Shown here piece by piece: positions 38,223 through 48,940 of a DNA stretch of 64,000 nt; positions within the stretch are counted from its first letter, which is position 1; every line of letters starts with the position of its first letter. The position numbers and the translations under genes were made by a program. Origin of the DNA: Monocercomonoides exilis PA203 (Eukaryota; Protista; Preaxostyla). The notes beneath the pieces are model-generated. The model saw nothing but the letters and a program-made list of their open reading frames with translations. It was not told the DNA's origin and did not search any database. Location of the stretch: contig LSRY02000001.1 of NCBI GenBank assembly GCA_001643675.2, positions 2,046,001-2,110,000 on the forward strand, given 5' to 3'.

Positions 38223-41200
38223 ATGGTATTGGGGCTGTCAGGAATATTTTATTGTCTGTGGATAATTTGTGTTGAATGCATGTGCAATGGTGCCACAAGT
38301 GATGGAGCAGTATTTAGAGAGGAATCAGTGAAAGTTGAAAATATGAATTATCCTGAAGGCATATGGCCAGAGAAAGCTGAAAATAGCAAATATGGAAATG
38401 GCATTTTATATGACACATATATTGAAGGAAAAGAAGGTAGAGTGGGAGAGACAGAAAAACAAGAGAGAATGATTAAGAATTACACAAAACAATGGAATGA
38501 TGGACGAGGAGAGATTGAGAAGATTCAAAAATGGAGTTTTTGTGATGAATGGAAAATGCGGGGAAAGGAGAGAATGTGTGGTGGGAGTGGGGTTGAGGGA
38601 AGTGTTGTTCTGGTCAATTCATCAATGAAACTGAATTCATTGGGATTGAGGGAAAGAGATGGGGAGAGTGTGCTCAGGGCATCGGATGGATGTTTTGTTG
38701 AATTGAGTGGATGTGTTGTTGGAGTTGAGAGAGAGACGCCTCCCTTTGATTTTTGTGGGAGCTGTGGATTGTTCGCCAACATTTCTCTCAGATCATCTTC
38801 AACTGGGTTTTTGCAGTCATTTCCTTCTCTATTTTCTTCAAAAGCATTAGAAGGGAAATTTCTTGAAAAATGTCATGTTTTTATTTGTTCATCTCATTTC
38901 TCGTCTTTTCATATTTCATCAGCCCCATTCCTCTCTTCACCCTCGATTCCTCATGTTTCACTTTCACAACTGACATTTTTCAACATCTCAACAGCAAATG
39001 AGGCATGTTCAACTCCGACCACTACGTCAACCCAAACCTCATGTTTGATGAGCAGTTGCTCATTCTCATCAGTTTGCGATGCATATGATGGCGGGGTTGT
39101 CCCTTCTCTGAACAACCCCTTTGCCTCTCTGAATGCCTCAAACACCTCTTTTGTTAGATGTTGCAGAACAAAAAATGTTGTTTGCGAAGGAACTTCAGAT
39201 AATAGGCTGGCTCCAGGTAGACAGAACGAAACATTCAATGGAGCTAATTCGTTTATTTGGTGCGAATGGAACGGATCGAAGGCTACTGGAAACAAAGATG
39301 ATTACACTGATGATGCTTCCAATGGTGGAGCAATTCGAATGTGTTATCTCAATTCAGGAGAACTTTCAGTTTCTCATTGTTCATTCAATGATTGCTATGC
39401 TCATTATGCTGGAGGAGGGGTCATGTGCCGTTCAATCAAGTCTATTGAATTTGTAAGCAACTCATTCAACGCTTGTTCTTCTCAAAGTTATTTTGGAGGA
39501 GGAATTTATGCTGTATTAATTTCAACATGTGTTCGGATCAGCGGATGTGAATTTCAGAAATGCAAAGCATATCGAGTGGGAGGAGGGCTTTATCTGGATG
39601 ACTTTTATATTTCTGGATCTTCCTGCATTGGAACAGAAAACGGCAAAGGGGAGAGCGCTTGTGTGTTTGAATGCTCATTCACTTCATGCTCATTGACAAA
39701 TTCTGGAGGCGGAGGGATGTATTGTCAAAATGTTCCGACTGCATTCAAAATGAGGAGCATTCAGTTCATTTCATGTTCTGCATTGACAAAGGGAGGAGGA
39801 CTATATATGGAGCCAAACAAACAGGTAGCACCAAATGAAACAATTTATTGCCTTTTCTTTTTCTTCCATGAATGCAAATGTTTGGCCAATGTTCCATATG
39901 GTAACGATATGACTTTCTCAGATTATTACAATTCATTTTTGAATTCAGGCAATCCATTCTATGAATGCTACACGACAAATTCAGATGAACAGAGAATGTG
40001 TTATGCGTATGATTATGCAAATTCAGGCTCATGGTCTCATCAGCACATGGAAAAGAAGGATTGGCTGAATGACAAGACGTTGTATGTTTCGGTGAATGGA
40101 AATGATTCATATGTTCTTTGTGGGGCAAATTTTACAAATCCGTGCGAAACAGTGAAGAAGGCGCTTGAGATGTGTGAGATACAAATTAGCTTGGCAATCA
40201 CGCTTATGGATGGAAATCATAAAAGTGAAACAACAACCATTGAGATTGGCACAAAGAAGATTTCGGTTATTGGGATGGGCAAAGAGAAGAGTGTAATTGA
40301 AATGAAATCCCTTTCATCTTCATCAGCAAGAGCATTGTTCAGTGTGACGACAGGCCATCTGGGAATGAGTCATTTGAAAGTTGATTGTAACTCAACAGCA
40401 GAAATTTCACCGAGTGTGGTTGTGGTATCTGATGGGAGTGGGTCACTCTCGTTGGAGGATGTTGTGATCATTAGGAGTAAAACAGGAGACTATGTGATGT
40501 CGTCGTCAGTGTTTGTGGTGCCGCTGTCGCAGCTGTCGATGGTTGATGTGGAGATCATAAATATGAATGTCTCAAAATCATTGTTCTCTGAGCCGAATCA
40601 ATCATCTCCTTCTTCTTCTTCTTCATTGTCTTCATCTGCACTGTATCTGACAGCCACAGCATCAGGAGATAGCGTGCTGGCGAATGTGAAAGTGAAGAAT
40701 GTGAAGTTGACAGAAGGAGATGGGGTGGTTGTGTCAAAGAATGTGAAGGAAGGGGAGACATTTATTGTTCAGAATGTGACAATCCAAGATTGCGAGTGCA
40801 AGGCTGGAAGTGGTGGTGGGATCAAGGTTGATTTATTGTATTCAACAAGCAAGTTACGAGTTGGGACTTCATCAGCCCCAGCAAACGAAGCAACAAAATT
40901 CAACAGATGCAATTGTAGTGGAAATGGAGGAGGGATAATGGTGAATCTGGCAGATGGCTCACACGACTTCTCAATTTTGTCCGTGGACTTTTCAGGCTGC
41001 ACTGCTTCATTGAGTGGGAATTATGTGTTTGTGAATGGGAGCAATTCTGTAAGCTGGGGAATAACAACAGAAAAGCTGAATGCCCAACATGATAGTTCAA
41101 AATACAATGAGTTGATGGGATATGATCGGAGTGACTCAGCAATGGGGCTGTTCCCACTGAATGTGTTTCTGGACACATTTCCTAATGCAGCGCATGTGGG

Positions 41201-44200
41201 GAAGGTGAAGGATGGGCTGGGTGGATACAACTCGTGGTTTTGTGGGTTTGCTTATTATCCGTGTGCAACCATCACCCATGCAGCGCAGGTGAGATATTCG
41301 GGCACAAATAAGAAGATCGAATTGGATTCAGGATTTGAGTTTAGTGAAGATGTTGCCATGACAGATGGTCATGAATGGGAAATCTCATGTTCCACAAAAG
41401 GGATGGAAATGGGAGTGAAAGCACCAGAGAATTTTGAGTCGTCATGTCTGATTGAGGTGTTGAACAAATGCTCAATAAGAAACATCAAGTTCTGTATTCC
41501 ATCTGCTCTATCTGGTGCATCATCTCTAATTTTATCCAATTCCACACTCTTCACACTCACTGACTGTTCTGTTATTTGTTCATCTGACAATTTAATTGGA
41601 TATTGCTTTGTGAATGTGATTGGGGGAAAAGTGAAAGTGGAGGGATTGGTGATAACAGAAACCTTGACATTTGGAGAACATTCACTGATTGAGTTTGTTG
41701 AAGGAGTGGAATCAGTTGTGTTTTGTGGATGTAATGTGAATAATATTGAGAAGAGAAATGGAGATGGGGGATGGTTGAGTGGAGTGGTTGGAACAGAAAG
41801 AGGTGAAGGAAAGAATGGGATAATTGTGATTGAGTCGTGTGATGTTAAGGAGTGCAGTTGCCTTTGTGGAAGAGGAGGAGGGATATGTGTTAGAGTGAAA
41901 GGGGAAGGAAGTGTTGTTGTGAATGGGAGTTGTGTGTTTGAAGGGTGTGAGGCAATGAATTCGAATGGAAGTGAAGGGAGAGGAGGAGGGATAATGATTG
42001 TGATGGAGAGCAGGGATGGTTCAATGAAAATGGAATCGGGAAGAGAGGGATTGTTTGTGTTTGGAGAGAATAACAAAGCTGAATATGGGAAGGATGTGTT
42101 TGTTCATTGTGGGAGTGGTGTGTTGTTGGAGTCGAAAGTGAATGGAAGCTCATTTGAGTTTTTTGATTCCTGTGTGATTCCAACAGATGTTGTGAAGTTG
42201 TGTGGGAGTGAGGATGGGAGAGAAGGGGAAGTGATTCCGCTGTTTGTGTATTTGTGCTCAATCGGGACAAAGTTGAGAGTTGATGGTAGTGGAGAGAGGG
42301 CATTGGATCACAGTCATTGTGGGTTTGAGGAGTTTGGGTGTTTGACGATTGACTATTGTGTTGAGAAGAGAGCGAGCAGCAATGTGAATGAAATCGAAGT
42401 TGTTTCGGAATCATGGATAAAGAATGAAATGAAAGTGGCTTCATTCGATTTGAGTGTTTCAGGGAAAGAAGAAGGAATGAGGGTGACTGTGATGGATGAA
42501 GGATCAATGAATCAAAACTCGCTGATCGAATGCACAAAATCATTTGAGATGAGACATTTGTCATTTGTGCTGAATGAAGGGATGAACGGGAGGAGAAGTG
42601 CATTCATCCACTCCTCATCAGCAATCATCATAATCACCAGCTGTTCAGTCTCGTTTGGAAATGATGAATTGATTGGATTCAATGTGATTTGTATCGAGGG
42701 AGGAGGGATGGTTGTGAATGGATTTGTGATGGAAGGGGGAGTGAGAATGAATGGGAAGTCGCCAATAGTCGTTTCGAATGGAGTTGAATTGGAGATGAAT
42801 AACAGTCGAATGAATGGAGCGGTAGTTACAGGTGGAATTGGAGGAGGAGGATGTTTGAATGTGGAGATGGGTGTGAATGGGATTGTGAATATTGAAGAAT
42901 GCAATTTGTCATCAGTGTGTTCAGGAGGGAGTGGGATGAAAGGAGGAGGGATGATGATATCAGTGGGAAAAGGAGGAAGTTTGGAAATGAAAAATGTGAA
43001 ATATTCTGGGTGTGAAGTGCCAACAGAGGATGTTGAGAATGGAGGAAGAGGAATGGGAGGAGGGATGTTTGTGAAGCTGCCAGATGAGATGGTAACATTT
43101 GTTATGGAAGGAATGTCATGTGAGGGATGCGATGCCTGGAAAGGGAAGAATGTGTTTGTTTCGGGATGGGATCTGAGAGAGATTGTGAATGAGGAGCACT
43201 TGAAATGGGAGATGAGTTCAGAGGAGTTGAGATCATTGGATGAGTTGTGTGGATGGGAAAGGAAGACAACAGGAGAGGAGGGATATGTAATTCCATTGGT
43301 TGTGTATTTGTGGAGGAACTGGAGTGGGAATGGGTTTGTTTCTCGAGAGAAAGGAGGAGACTTCAGTGGGTGTGGATTTTCAGAAGCACCATGCTCATCG
43401 ATTGATCACTTGATATCACTGAGATATGAACCACTTGGAGAAGGGGAAACACATATTGCCATTGTGGGATCAGGGTTGCTGAGCCATTCCATATCATTTT
43501 CATTTTCTTCATCATCAATTTCAGATTCACCAAAAGTGGTGATTGAAGGGACAAAGAAAGGGACAGGAATGACTATCAGTGATGAAGACGAGAATGATTT
43601 GGATGATCGTTCAATGATATCGTCGAATGTGAGTCTGTCATTTGTGAATGTGTCATTCACCAAGCCAGCCATCACAACCCATCATGAAGTGTTGATTGAA
43701 TCCTCCGGAACAAACACCTTATTGTCTGTTTCTGATTGTTCATTTGGTTCATTGACCGGGCTGACAGAGACAGCTGGATATTGTCTGATGAGAGTGAATG
43801 AAGGGAGTGTTGTGATTGAGAGGTGTTCGTTGAGTTTGATTTCAGAGTTGAAAGGGTTGATTGTGTTCAGCCCAGGTGCATCTGAGGTGACGGTTCAGAA
43901 TGTGAATATTTCGTTTGTGAGTGTGATAGAAAGGAGCCTGATTTCGATGATAGACGAGAATCAAATGAACGGAGATGAGAATACTGGTTCAAATAGTAAC
44001 AGACCAGTTCTGAGGGTTGTTGGGAGTTCATTTACCAATATCACAAACGAAGGGAATGAAGCAAGTGTTATTGGAGTGGGATCATATGAGCATGGAATGG
44101 AGTGTGTGATTGATGAGTGTTCTATGTTAAGTTGCAAGAGTGGTTTGAGCAGAGAAGGAGGGGGAATGAAAGTGGTGCTGAAAAGTGGAGAATCGTTGTT

Positions 44201-47200
44201 GAAAGTGAATGGCAGCTCATTTTCGATGTGCAAGTGCTCGAGTGAAACAGGGTGTGGAGGAGGGCTGTTTATTGATGGGTCTGACCCAAATGCGAATTAT
44301 GGAAATGAAAGTCAGATCCCGCCTCTGAAATTCAAGATTGTGAACGTTTTGTTCTATATGAATGAGGCATCGGTGGGGAAAGACATATTTGTCAGATGCC
44401 ACTCGATTGAGCACCAGATCAACGAAACGCTGTTTGCTTTGAACTACAATCAGAAGTCATTGAACTCGAACAACTCCATCTGTGGAAGGGGTGTTGAGAG
44501 TGAGGGAGATGTTGATCTGATTCCGCTAATCACCTATTTTTATGGGCTTCAGGTGTTTGTGAACGCAACAGGAACTGATGGCAGAAGGTGTGGAGCTCAA
44601 AGCAATCCATGTCTCAGCATCAACTGTGGGGTTGACCACATTCAAGAAGGGGTGATGAATGCGATTCTGATTGATGGGGAAGGGTTTGTGACGGAAGAAT
44701 GTGTGATTGGAGATCTTGTTGTGAATTCATTGAAAAAGACGCAAGCGGTTGTGAGATTGAACTTAAAGATTGAGAAATCATTTGAGAAGGATTGCGTGAT
44801 GGAGTTTATAAATGAAAGCACTGTGGAGAGGTGTTCATTCCAGTTTGAAGATACCTTTGAGGCTTCTCATCGCTTCATTCTGAAAGTGAATAACGGAATG
44901 ACGAAAATTCAAGAATGTGAATTCTTCTCCTCTGCCGATGAAGTGCAATTGAACAGTTCAATTGTGAGTGTGGAAAGTGGAGAGCTAAAGATATCGGAAA
45001 CAATAATTAGAGACATTCATTCTACAAGATCGGTGCTTTTGTTTTGTGAAGAATCGAATGTGATAATTGATGAAACAAGCATTTTGAACATCAAATGTGA
45101 GGGAGATGTTGTGAGTGCTGGAGGGAAAGCGAAAGTGGCGATGAAAGAGATGTCAGTTGAGAATGTGACAGTGCTGTTGGAGGGGTGTGCGATTGGGATG
45201 GATGATGCTGAACAAGAGGTGAGTGTGCTGAACTGCTCGTTTGGAAAATGTGTGAATTCAGTTGACAAGGGAATCATGATGCAGATCAGGCAGTCAAAGG
45301 GTGTGAGGATTGAGAATTGTGTGTTTGATGGAGAAAAAGAAGATGAAATTATCGATGAAGGGGTTGAAAGAAAAAAAGAAGAAGGATTATGCAAATGGAA
45401 TGGGTCATTGGTTGATGTTAAGAACAGCAACGTGGAGATGAAGGAAACAACCATTATGAAGAGCAAGGAAGGTGGGTTGTGGGTGAGTGGAGGGAGTGTG
45501 AAGATTGAGAAGGGAGAATTTGAGAATAACAATCCATCGATTGAGGGTTATCCATCAGCCAGAAGGAATGTGATTTGTGAAGGGAATAGCGAACTGAATG
45601 TTGTGAGCGTGAAAGGGGGAGATGGACTGAAAGATAACTCATCGCTTTGGATTTTGGATGAAGGATGTCAATTGGGAGGGATTGCTTCAGAAAGAGGATC
45701 ATCATTTTTCATTCCCATTTTGGAAGAGGTGAAGAATTCAACTCAATTGAATGGGAATTTGGATCTAATAATTTCTGGAAAGCTGCTTCTGCCATGTGAT
45801 TTGTCAGTGAAGATGAGCATGAAAAATGGGGATGAAGAAGAAATTGTGAGAAAGGAAATTGATGAAAAAGGGTTTGTATCAGAGAATGAGATTCACACAT
45901 TTATTTCATCTTCGGAATTGGAGAAAGTGAGAGAAGAGACAGAAGTGAGTGTGTGCATTGTGTTTGGCAAAGCAAACTCTCCTTTATCAACAGAGCCGTT
46001 TATTGTTAAGAACAGAAGTGAAAGTCAGTCAAGTGGAAATGAAAAACTTGTTGAAGGAAGGAAAGAAGGAAAACCATCTTGGGCTCTTGTAATTGCAGTT
46101 ATTTTTGTTGTTTTGTTTTTGATCGTTCTGATTGTGTCAATTATTGTTACAGTTCGGTGGAGAAAGGCAAAGAATGAGAATAAAGATCTGAGAGAGATTG
46201 TGAATGACACAGTGAGGAAGGATCCGAAGCTGATTGAGATGGTGACGATGGAGATGTCACCTGAGGAGCAATGGAGGAGAGCAGAGAGAGAAGCGGAGAA
46301 GAAGAATGAGGAGAGGATTAAGAAGAGAATATTTGATTCAAATATGGAGCATTCGGAGTCATCAGAGCATCTTCTATCTGAGAGCGGCTCCACTGAATAC
46401 ATTCTTGGAAGGGACTCTGACAAGATTCCAGAATGGGCATTGGAAAAGGTTGAAGAAGAAGAGATACGAAAGAGATCACCATCACCATCCATTTCATCCA
46501 CTTCCACCACTTCGACAACAGATTCAGATTCGACATTTGTTCGGGGAGAAGAACTGTGCCCCACCACCTCGTCGATGTCGAATCTGGTGGATGTGATGGC
46601 GTGTTCGTCTCCCCATGAGAAGCTGATTGTGGATCTGAGGGATTCGCTGTTCATGTTGTTGCATGGAAGGAACAAGACAAAGGAGATGCCTATTGGCACT
46701 CTGCAGGAGAGGGAGATGACAGCTGCTCAGATCCTGTTCTGGGTGGCTAACCTTGCTCTTCACTCCTTTGATGAAATGGAGAATCCTCTCTCATCTCTTT
46801 CCTATCTCAGTCCTCACATTGTGCTGTTTTCTGAGCACATGGTGATCTGCATTGTGATGCACTCTGACTTCTCATCGGATGATTCCGATTCATCATCAAT
46901 CTCTTCATTAACTGTTGTTTCTTCCTCGTCCAATGTTTCAGTGATGAGCGAGAGATTCACAGACTCACCACCTCCTTCATCTGCCTTTGAAGACGACGAC
47001 GATATCAGAAAAGAGTGCCTGAGATGGAAAGCACCAGAGCTGCAGATGAACAAGAAGATGGGAGCAACAAAGGAGTCAGTTGTGTTTTCGATTGGGATGA
47101 TGCTGTGGGAATGTTTGACACTGGAAATCCCATTTGATGAGTATGAGGGTGAGGTGGCAGGGCAGAAGATAGTGAATCATGAACGACCGAACATGTCTGC

Positions 47201-47432
47201 TGTGAAGGAGTCGAATTTCTTTGAAATCATCCGAGCTTGCCTGTCTGCTCAGCCAGAAGACAGACTGAGCTTGGCAGGGCTGAAGCGCGAGTTCATCCAG
47301 CGGTTTCCTGCAGGAGCAGCAATTCTGACGATGTCAGATGCGATTGACCTGGAGGAGACAACAGAAGATGGGGAACACATGACGAGTGTGAATTCTTCAG
47401 ATATCACAGGAACTTTGCTGACTGAGAAGTGA
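38223..47432 (+). CDS. Giant type I membrane receptor-like protein: signal peptide, 5 Cys-capped beta-helix-like modules, TM, C-terminal pseudokinase (3069 aa)
   Basis: Uninterrupted 9.2-kb ORF with hydrophobic N-terminus; many GGAI/GGG(I/L/M) motifs; five CG....(P/G)C motifs; TM WALVIAVIFVVLFLIVLIVSIIVTVRWRK; LRWKAPE...VFSIGMMLWECLT.EIPF. Confidence 0.92.
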   Translation: MVLGLSGIFYCLWIICVECMCNGATSDGAVFREESVKVENMNYPEGIWPEKAENSKYGNGILYDTYIEGKEGRVGETEKQERMIKNYTKQWNDGRGEIEKIQKWSFCDEWKMRGKERMCGGSGVEGSVVLVNSSMKLNSLGLRERDGESVLRASDGCFVELSGCVVGVERETPPFDFCGSCGLFANISLRSSSTGFLQSFPSLFSSKALEGKFLEKCHVFICSSHFSSFHISSAPFLSSPSIPHVSLSQLTFFNISTANEACSTPTTTSTQTSCLMSSCSFSSVCDAYDGGVVPSLNNPFASLNASNTSFVRCCRTKNVVCEGTSDNRLAPGRQNETFNGANSFIWCEWNGSKATGNKDDYTDDASNGGAIRMCYLNSGELSVSHCSFNDCYAHYAGGGVMCRSIKSIEFVSNSFNACSSQSYFGGGIYAVLISTCVRISGCEFQKCKAYRVGGGLYLDDFYISGSSCIGTENGKGESACVFECSFTSCSLTNSGGGGMYCQNVPTAFKMRSIQFISCSALTKGGGLYMEPNKQVAPNETIYCLFFFFHECKCLANVPYGNDMTFSDYYNSFLNSGNPFYECYTTNSDEQRMCYAYDYANSGSWSHQHMEKKDWLNDKTLYVSVNGNDSYVLCGANFTNPCETVKKALEMCEIQISLAITLMDGNHKSETTTIEIGTKKISVIGMGKEKSVIEMKSLSSSSARALFSVTTGHLGMSHLKVDCNSTAEISPSVVVVSDGSGSLSLEDVVIIRSKTGDYVMSSSVFVVPLSQLSMVDVEIINMNVSKSLFSEPNQSSPSSSSSLSSSALYLTATASGDSVLANVKVKNVKLTEGDGVVVSKNVKEGETFIVQNVTIQDCECKAGSGGGIKVDLLYSTSKLRVGTSSAPANEATKFNRCNCSGNGGGIMVNLADGSHDFSILSVDFSGCTASLSGNYVFVNGSNSVSWGITTEKLNAQHDSSKYNELMGYDRSDSAMGLFPLNVFLDTFPNAAHVGKVKDGLGGYNSWFCGFAYYPCATITHAAQVRYSGTNKKIELDSGFEFSEDVAMTDGHEWEISCSTKGMEMGVKAPENFESSCLIEVLNKCSIRNIKFCIPSALSGASSLILSNSTLFTLTDCSVICSSDNLIGYCFVNVIGGKVKVEGLVITETLTFGEHSLIEFVEGVESVVFCGCNVNNIEKRNGDGGWLSGVVGTERGEGKNGIIVIESCDVKECSCLCGRGGGICVRVKGEGSVVVNGSCVFEGCEAMNSNGSEGRGGGIMIVMESRDGSMKMESGREGLFVFGENNKAEYGKDVFVHCGSGVLLESKVNGSSFEFFDSCVIPTDVVKLCGSEDGREGEVIPLFVYLCSIGTKLRVDGSGERALDHSHCGFEEFGCLTIDYCVEKRASSNVNEIEVVSESWIKNEMKVASFDLSVSGKEEGMRVTVMDEGSMNQNSLIECTKSFEMRHLSFVLNEGMNGRRSAFIHSSSAIIIITSCSVSFGNDELIGFNVICIEGGGMVVNGFVMEGGVRMNGKSPIVVSNGVELEMNNSRMNGAVVTGGIGGGGCLNVEMGVNGIVNIEECNLSSVCSGGSGMKGGGMMISVGKGGSLEMKNVKYSGCEVPTEDVENGGRGMGGGMFVKLPDEMVTFVMEGMSCEGCDAWKGKNVFVSGWDLREIVNEEHLKWEMSSEELRSLDELCGWERKTTGEEGYVIPLVVYLWRNWSGNGFVSREKGGDFSGCGFSEAPCSSIDHLISLRYEPLGEGETHIAIVGSGLLSHSISFSFSSSSISDSPKVVIEGTKKGTGMTISDEDENDLDDRSMISSNVSLSFVNVSFTKPAITTHHEVLIESSGTNTLLSVSDCSFGSLTGLTETAGYCLMRVNEGSVVIERCSLSLISELKGLIVFSPGASEVTVQNVNISFVSVIERSLISMIDENQMNGDENTGSNSNRPVLRVVGSSFTNITNEGNEASVIGVGSYEHGMECVIDECSMLSCKSGLSREGGGMKVVLKSGESLLKVNGSSFSMCKCSSETGCGGGLFIDGSDPNANYGNESQIPPLKFKIVNVLFYMNEASVGKDIFVRCHSIEHQINETLFALNYNQKSLNSNNSICGRGVESEGDVDLIPLITYFYGLQVFVNATGTDGRRCGAQSNPCLSINCGVDHIQEGVMNAILIDGEGFVTEECVIGDLVVNSLKKTQAVVRLNLKIEKSFEKDCVMEFINESTVERCSFQFEDTFEASHRFILKVNNGMTKIQECEFFSSADEVQLNSSIVSVESGELKISETIIRDIHSTRSVLLFCEESNVIIDETSILNIKCEGDVVSAGGKAKVAMKEMSVENVTVLLEGCAIGMDDAEQEVSVLNCSFGKCVNSVDKGIMMQIRQSKGVRIENCVFDGEKEDEIIDEGVERKKEEGLCKWNGSLVDVKNSNVEMKETTIMKSKEGGLWVSGGSVKIEKGEFENNNPSIEGYPSARRNVICEGNSELNVVSVKGGDGLKDNSSLWILDEGCQLGGIASERGSSFFIPILEEVKNSTQLNGNLDLIISGKLLLPCDLSVKMSMKNGDEEEIVRKEIDEKGFVSENEIHTFISSSELEKVREETEVSVCIVFGKANSPLSTEPFIVKNRSESQSSGNEKLVEGRKEGKPSWALVIAVIFVVLFLIVLIVSIIVTVRWRKAKNENKDLREIVNDTVRKDPKLIEMVTMEMSPEEQWRRAEREAEKKNEERIKKRIFDSNMEHSESSEHLLSESGSTEYILGRDSDKIPEWALEKVEEEEIRKRSPSPSISSTSTTSTTDSDSTFVRGEELCPTTSSMSNLVDVMACSSPHEKLIVDLRDSLFMLLHGRNKTKEMPIGTLQEREMTAAQILFWVANLALHSFDEMENPLSSLSYLSPHIVLFSEHMVICIVMHSDFSSDDSDSSSISSLTVVSSSSNVSVMSERFTDSPPPSSAFEDDDDIRKECLRWKAPELQMNKKMGATKESVVFSIGMMLWECLTLEIPFDEYEGEVAGQKIVNHERPNMSAVKESNFFEIIRACLSAQPEDRLSLAGLKREFIQRFPAGAAILTMSDAIDLEETTEDGEHMTSVNSSDITGTLLTEK

Positions 47433-48219
47433 ACGAAGAGTTGGTGATTGATATGCTTTGGATATGGATTTATTTCACAAATATATGAATAATAGTGTTT
47501 TTTTATTTTGACTCTATTCAACAATTCGACTTGTTTGTCTTCTTCTTTTTGTTTCCATGAATTGTTATGTTTGGATCAATTTCAAATATTAATTGCTTCA
47601 AAAGCAGAATTGGTCTGCTTGCCACATGTTGTGTTTATGTATTTGTATTTATTCGCTTTGTATGTATTGCTCATGTTGTTTCAGTTCACATCCTGAACAC
47701 AAACTTGTTTTTTTTTTTATTTGATCTCTATTTCGAACTTTCAGTTCAATCTTTTCTTTTTGGGATATGTATTGTGATTTCACATTCTGTTTGGATTATG
47801 AGAGACTTCGATTTGTGTTGTTTGTCCATTTTTTCACAAATGTTATTCTTTTTTTGTTTTTCACAAATGAGCTTTTTATTTGTTGGAAGCAATAACAACG
47901 TTGGAAACAAACAACAAATCTGTTTTCCATTTGAACTCAAAATTCGAAAATTATTATTCAAAATCTTAAAAGTTTAACTCGAAATTAAAAATGTTTTATT
48001 CAACATCGGGAATTGATTTATCATCACAAATTTTGTGAAATTTTCAAAATTCAGACTCATATCAGTTGTTTTTATTTCCATGAACGATCAGAGAATTTTG
48101 TCATTTTTAATCAGAAAAAACTGAAATGATGTTTTTTTGATGTTTGATTGTGTGCAATTGTATGAACAGGATTAATTTGAAATTCAGGAAACTTTTCACA
48201 TGTGTTCAGGATAAAATAT

Positions 48220-48425
48220 GGCTGATCCTTTTTGAAATTATTCTTTCGTTCGAGTTTTGATCAAAATATAAATCTCAATGGAATTTTTGTTAAATTTTTG
48301 TTTCTGCAATAACAACATCATGAACAATATATATTAACAGTTTAAGTTCAATTTTTCAAAATCCCATTGAGATTAAAATTTTGATCAAAACTAGAACGAA
48401 AGCATGATTTCAAAAAGGATCAGCC
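48220..48425. mobile_element. MITE, 206 bp, GGCTGATCC termini, flanked by ATAT
   Basis: ~65-bp imperfect TIRs GGCTGATCCTTTTTGAAAT...GTTTTGATCAAAAT...AATCTCAATGG. ATAT at 48216-48219 and 48426-48429. Confidence 0.85.
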
Positions 48426-48940
48426 ATATGTTATTTTACAAAAAATTAAAAAAAAAGCATAGTTCGAAAACCTGTATTTCAATAAAAATGAGTAATCAAT
48501 CACATTTATTGAAACGAAATGTTTTTGATATCATTTATTGCATTTCAAACTGATAAAACAAAACATTTTGAATTATCTGACAGATAAAAGGATCAAAGGA
48601 TGTCAGTCAAAATCAAAGAAAACTGTTGTTATAAATAAAAGAAAAATATTCTCATTTTAATAACCATTTGTTAATATCAACATTTTGATCAAAATAATTT
48701 CTTTGGTTTTCGCTTGAATTGAAATTCTGAACTAATTAACATCATTTTCGATTTTGAATTTGACTTTTTCGACCTTTAAAAATTTTATGAGTTTTTAATT
48801 TACAAAAAAAAATTTAGATTGATCACTACCACTACAAGTTTTATATAATATTTGAAAACTTTTATTTTTTGATAAAGGAAAATTTCAAGAATTCCAAGTT
48901 GATAAAGTTGCGCATTTTAAAATTTTAAGAGAATTTGACC

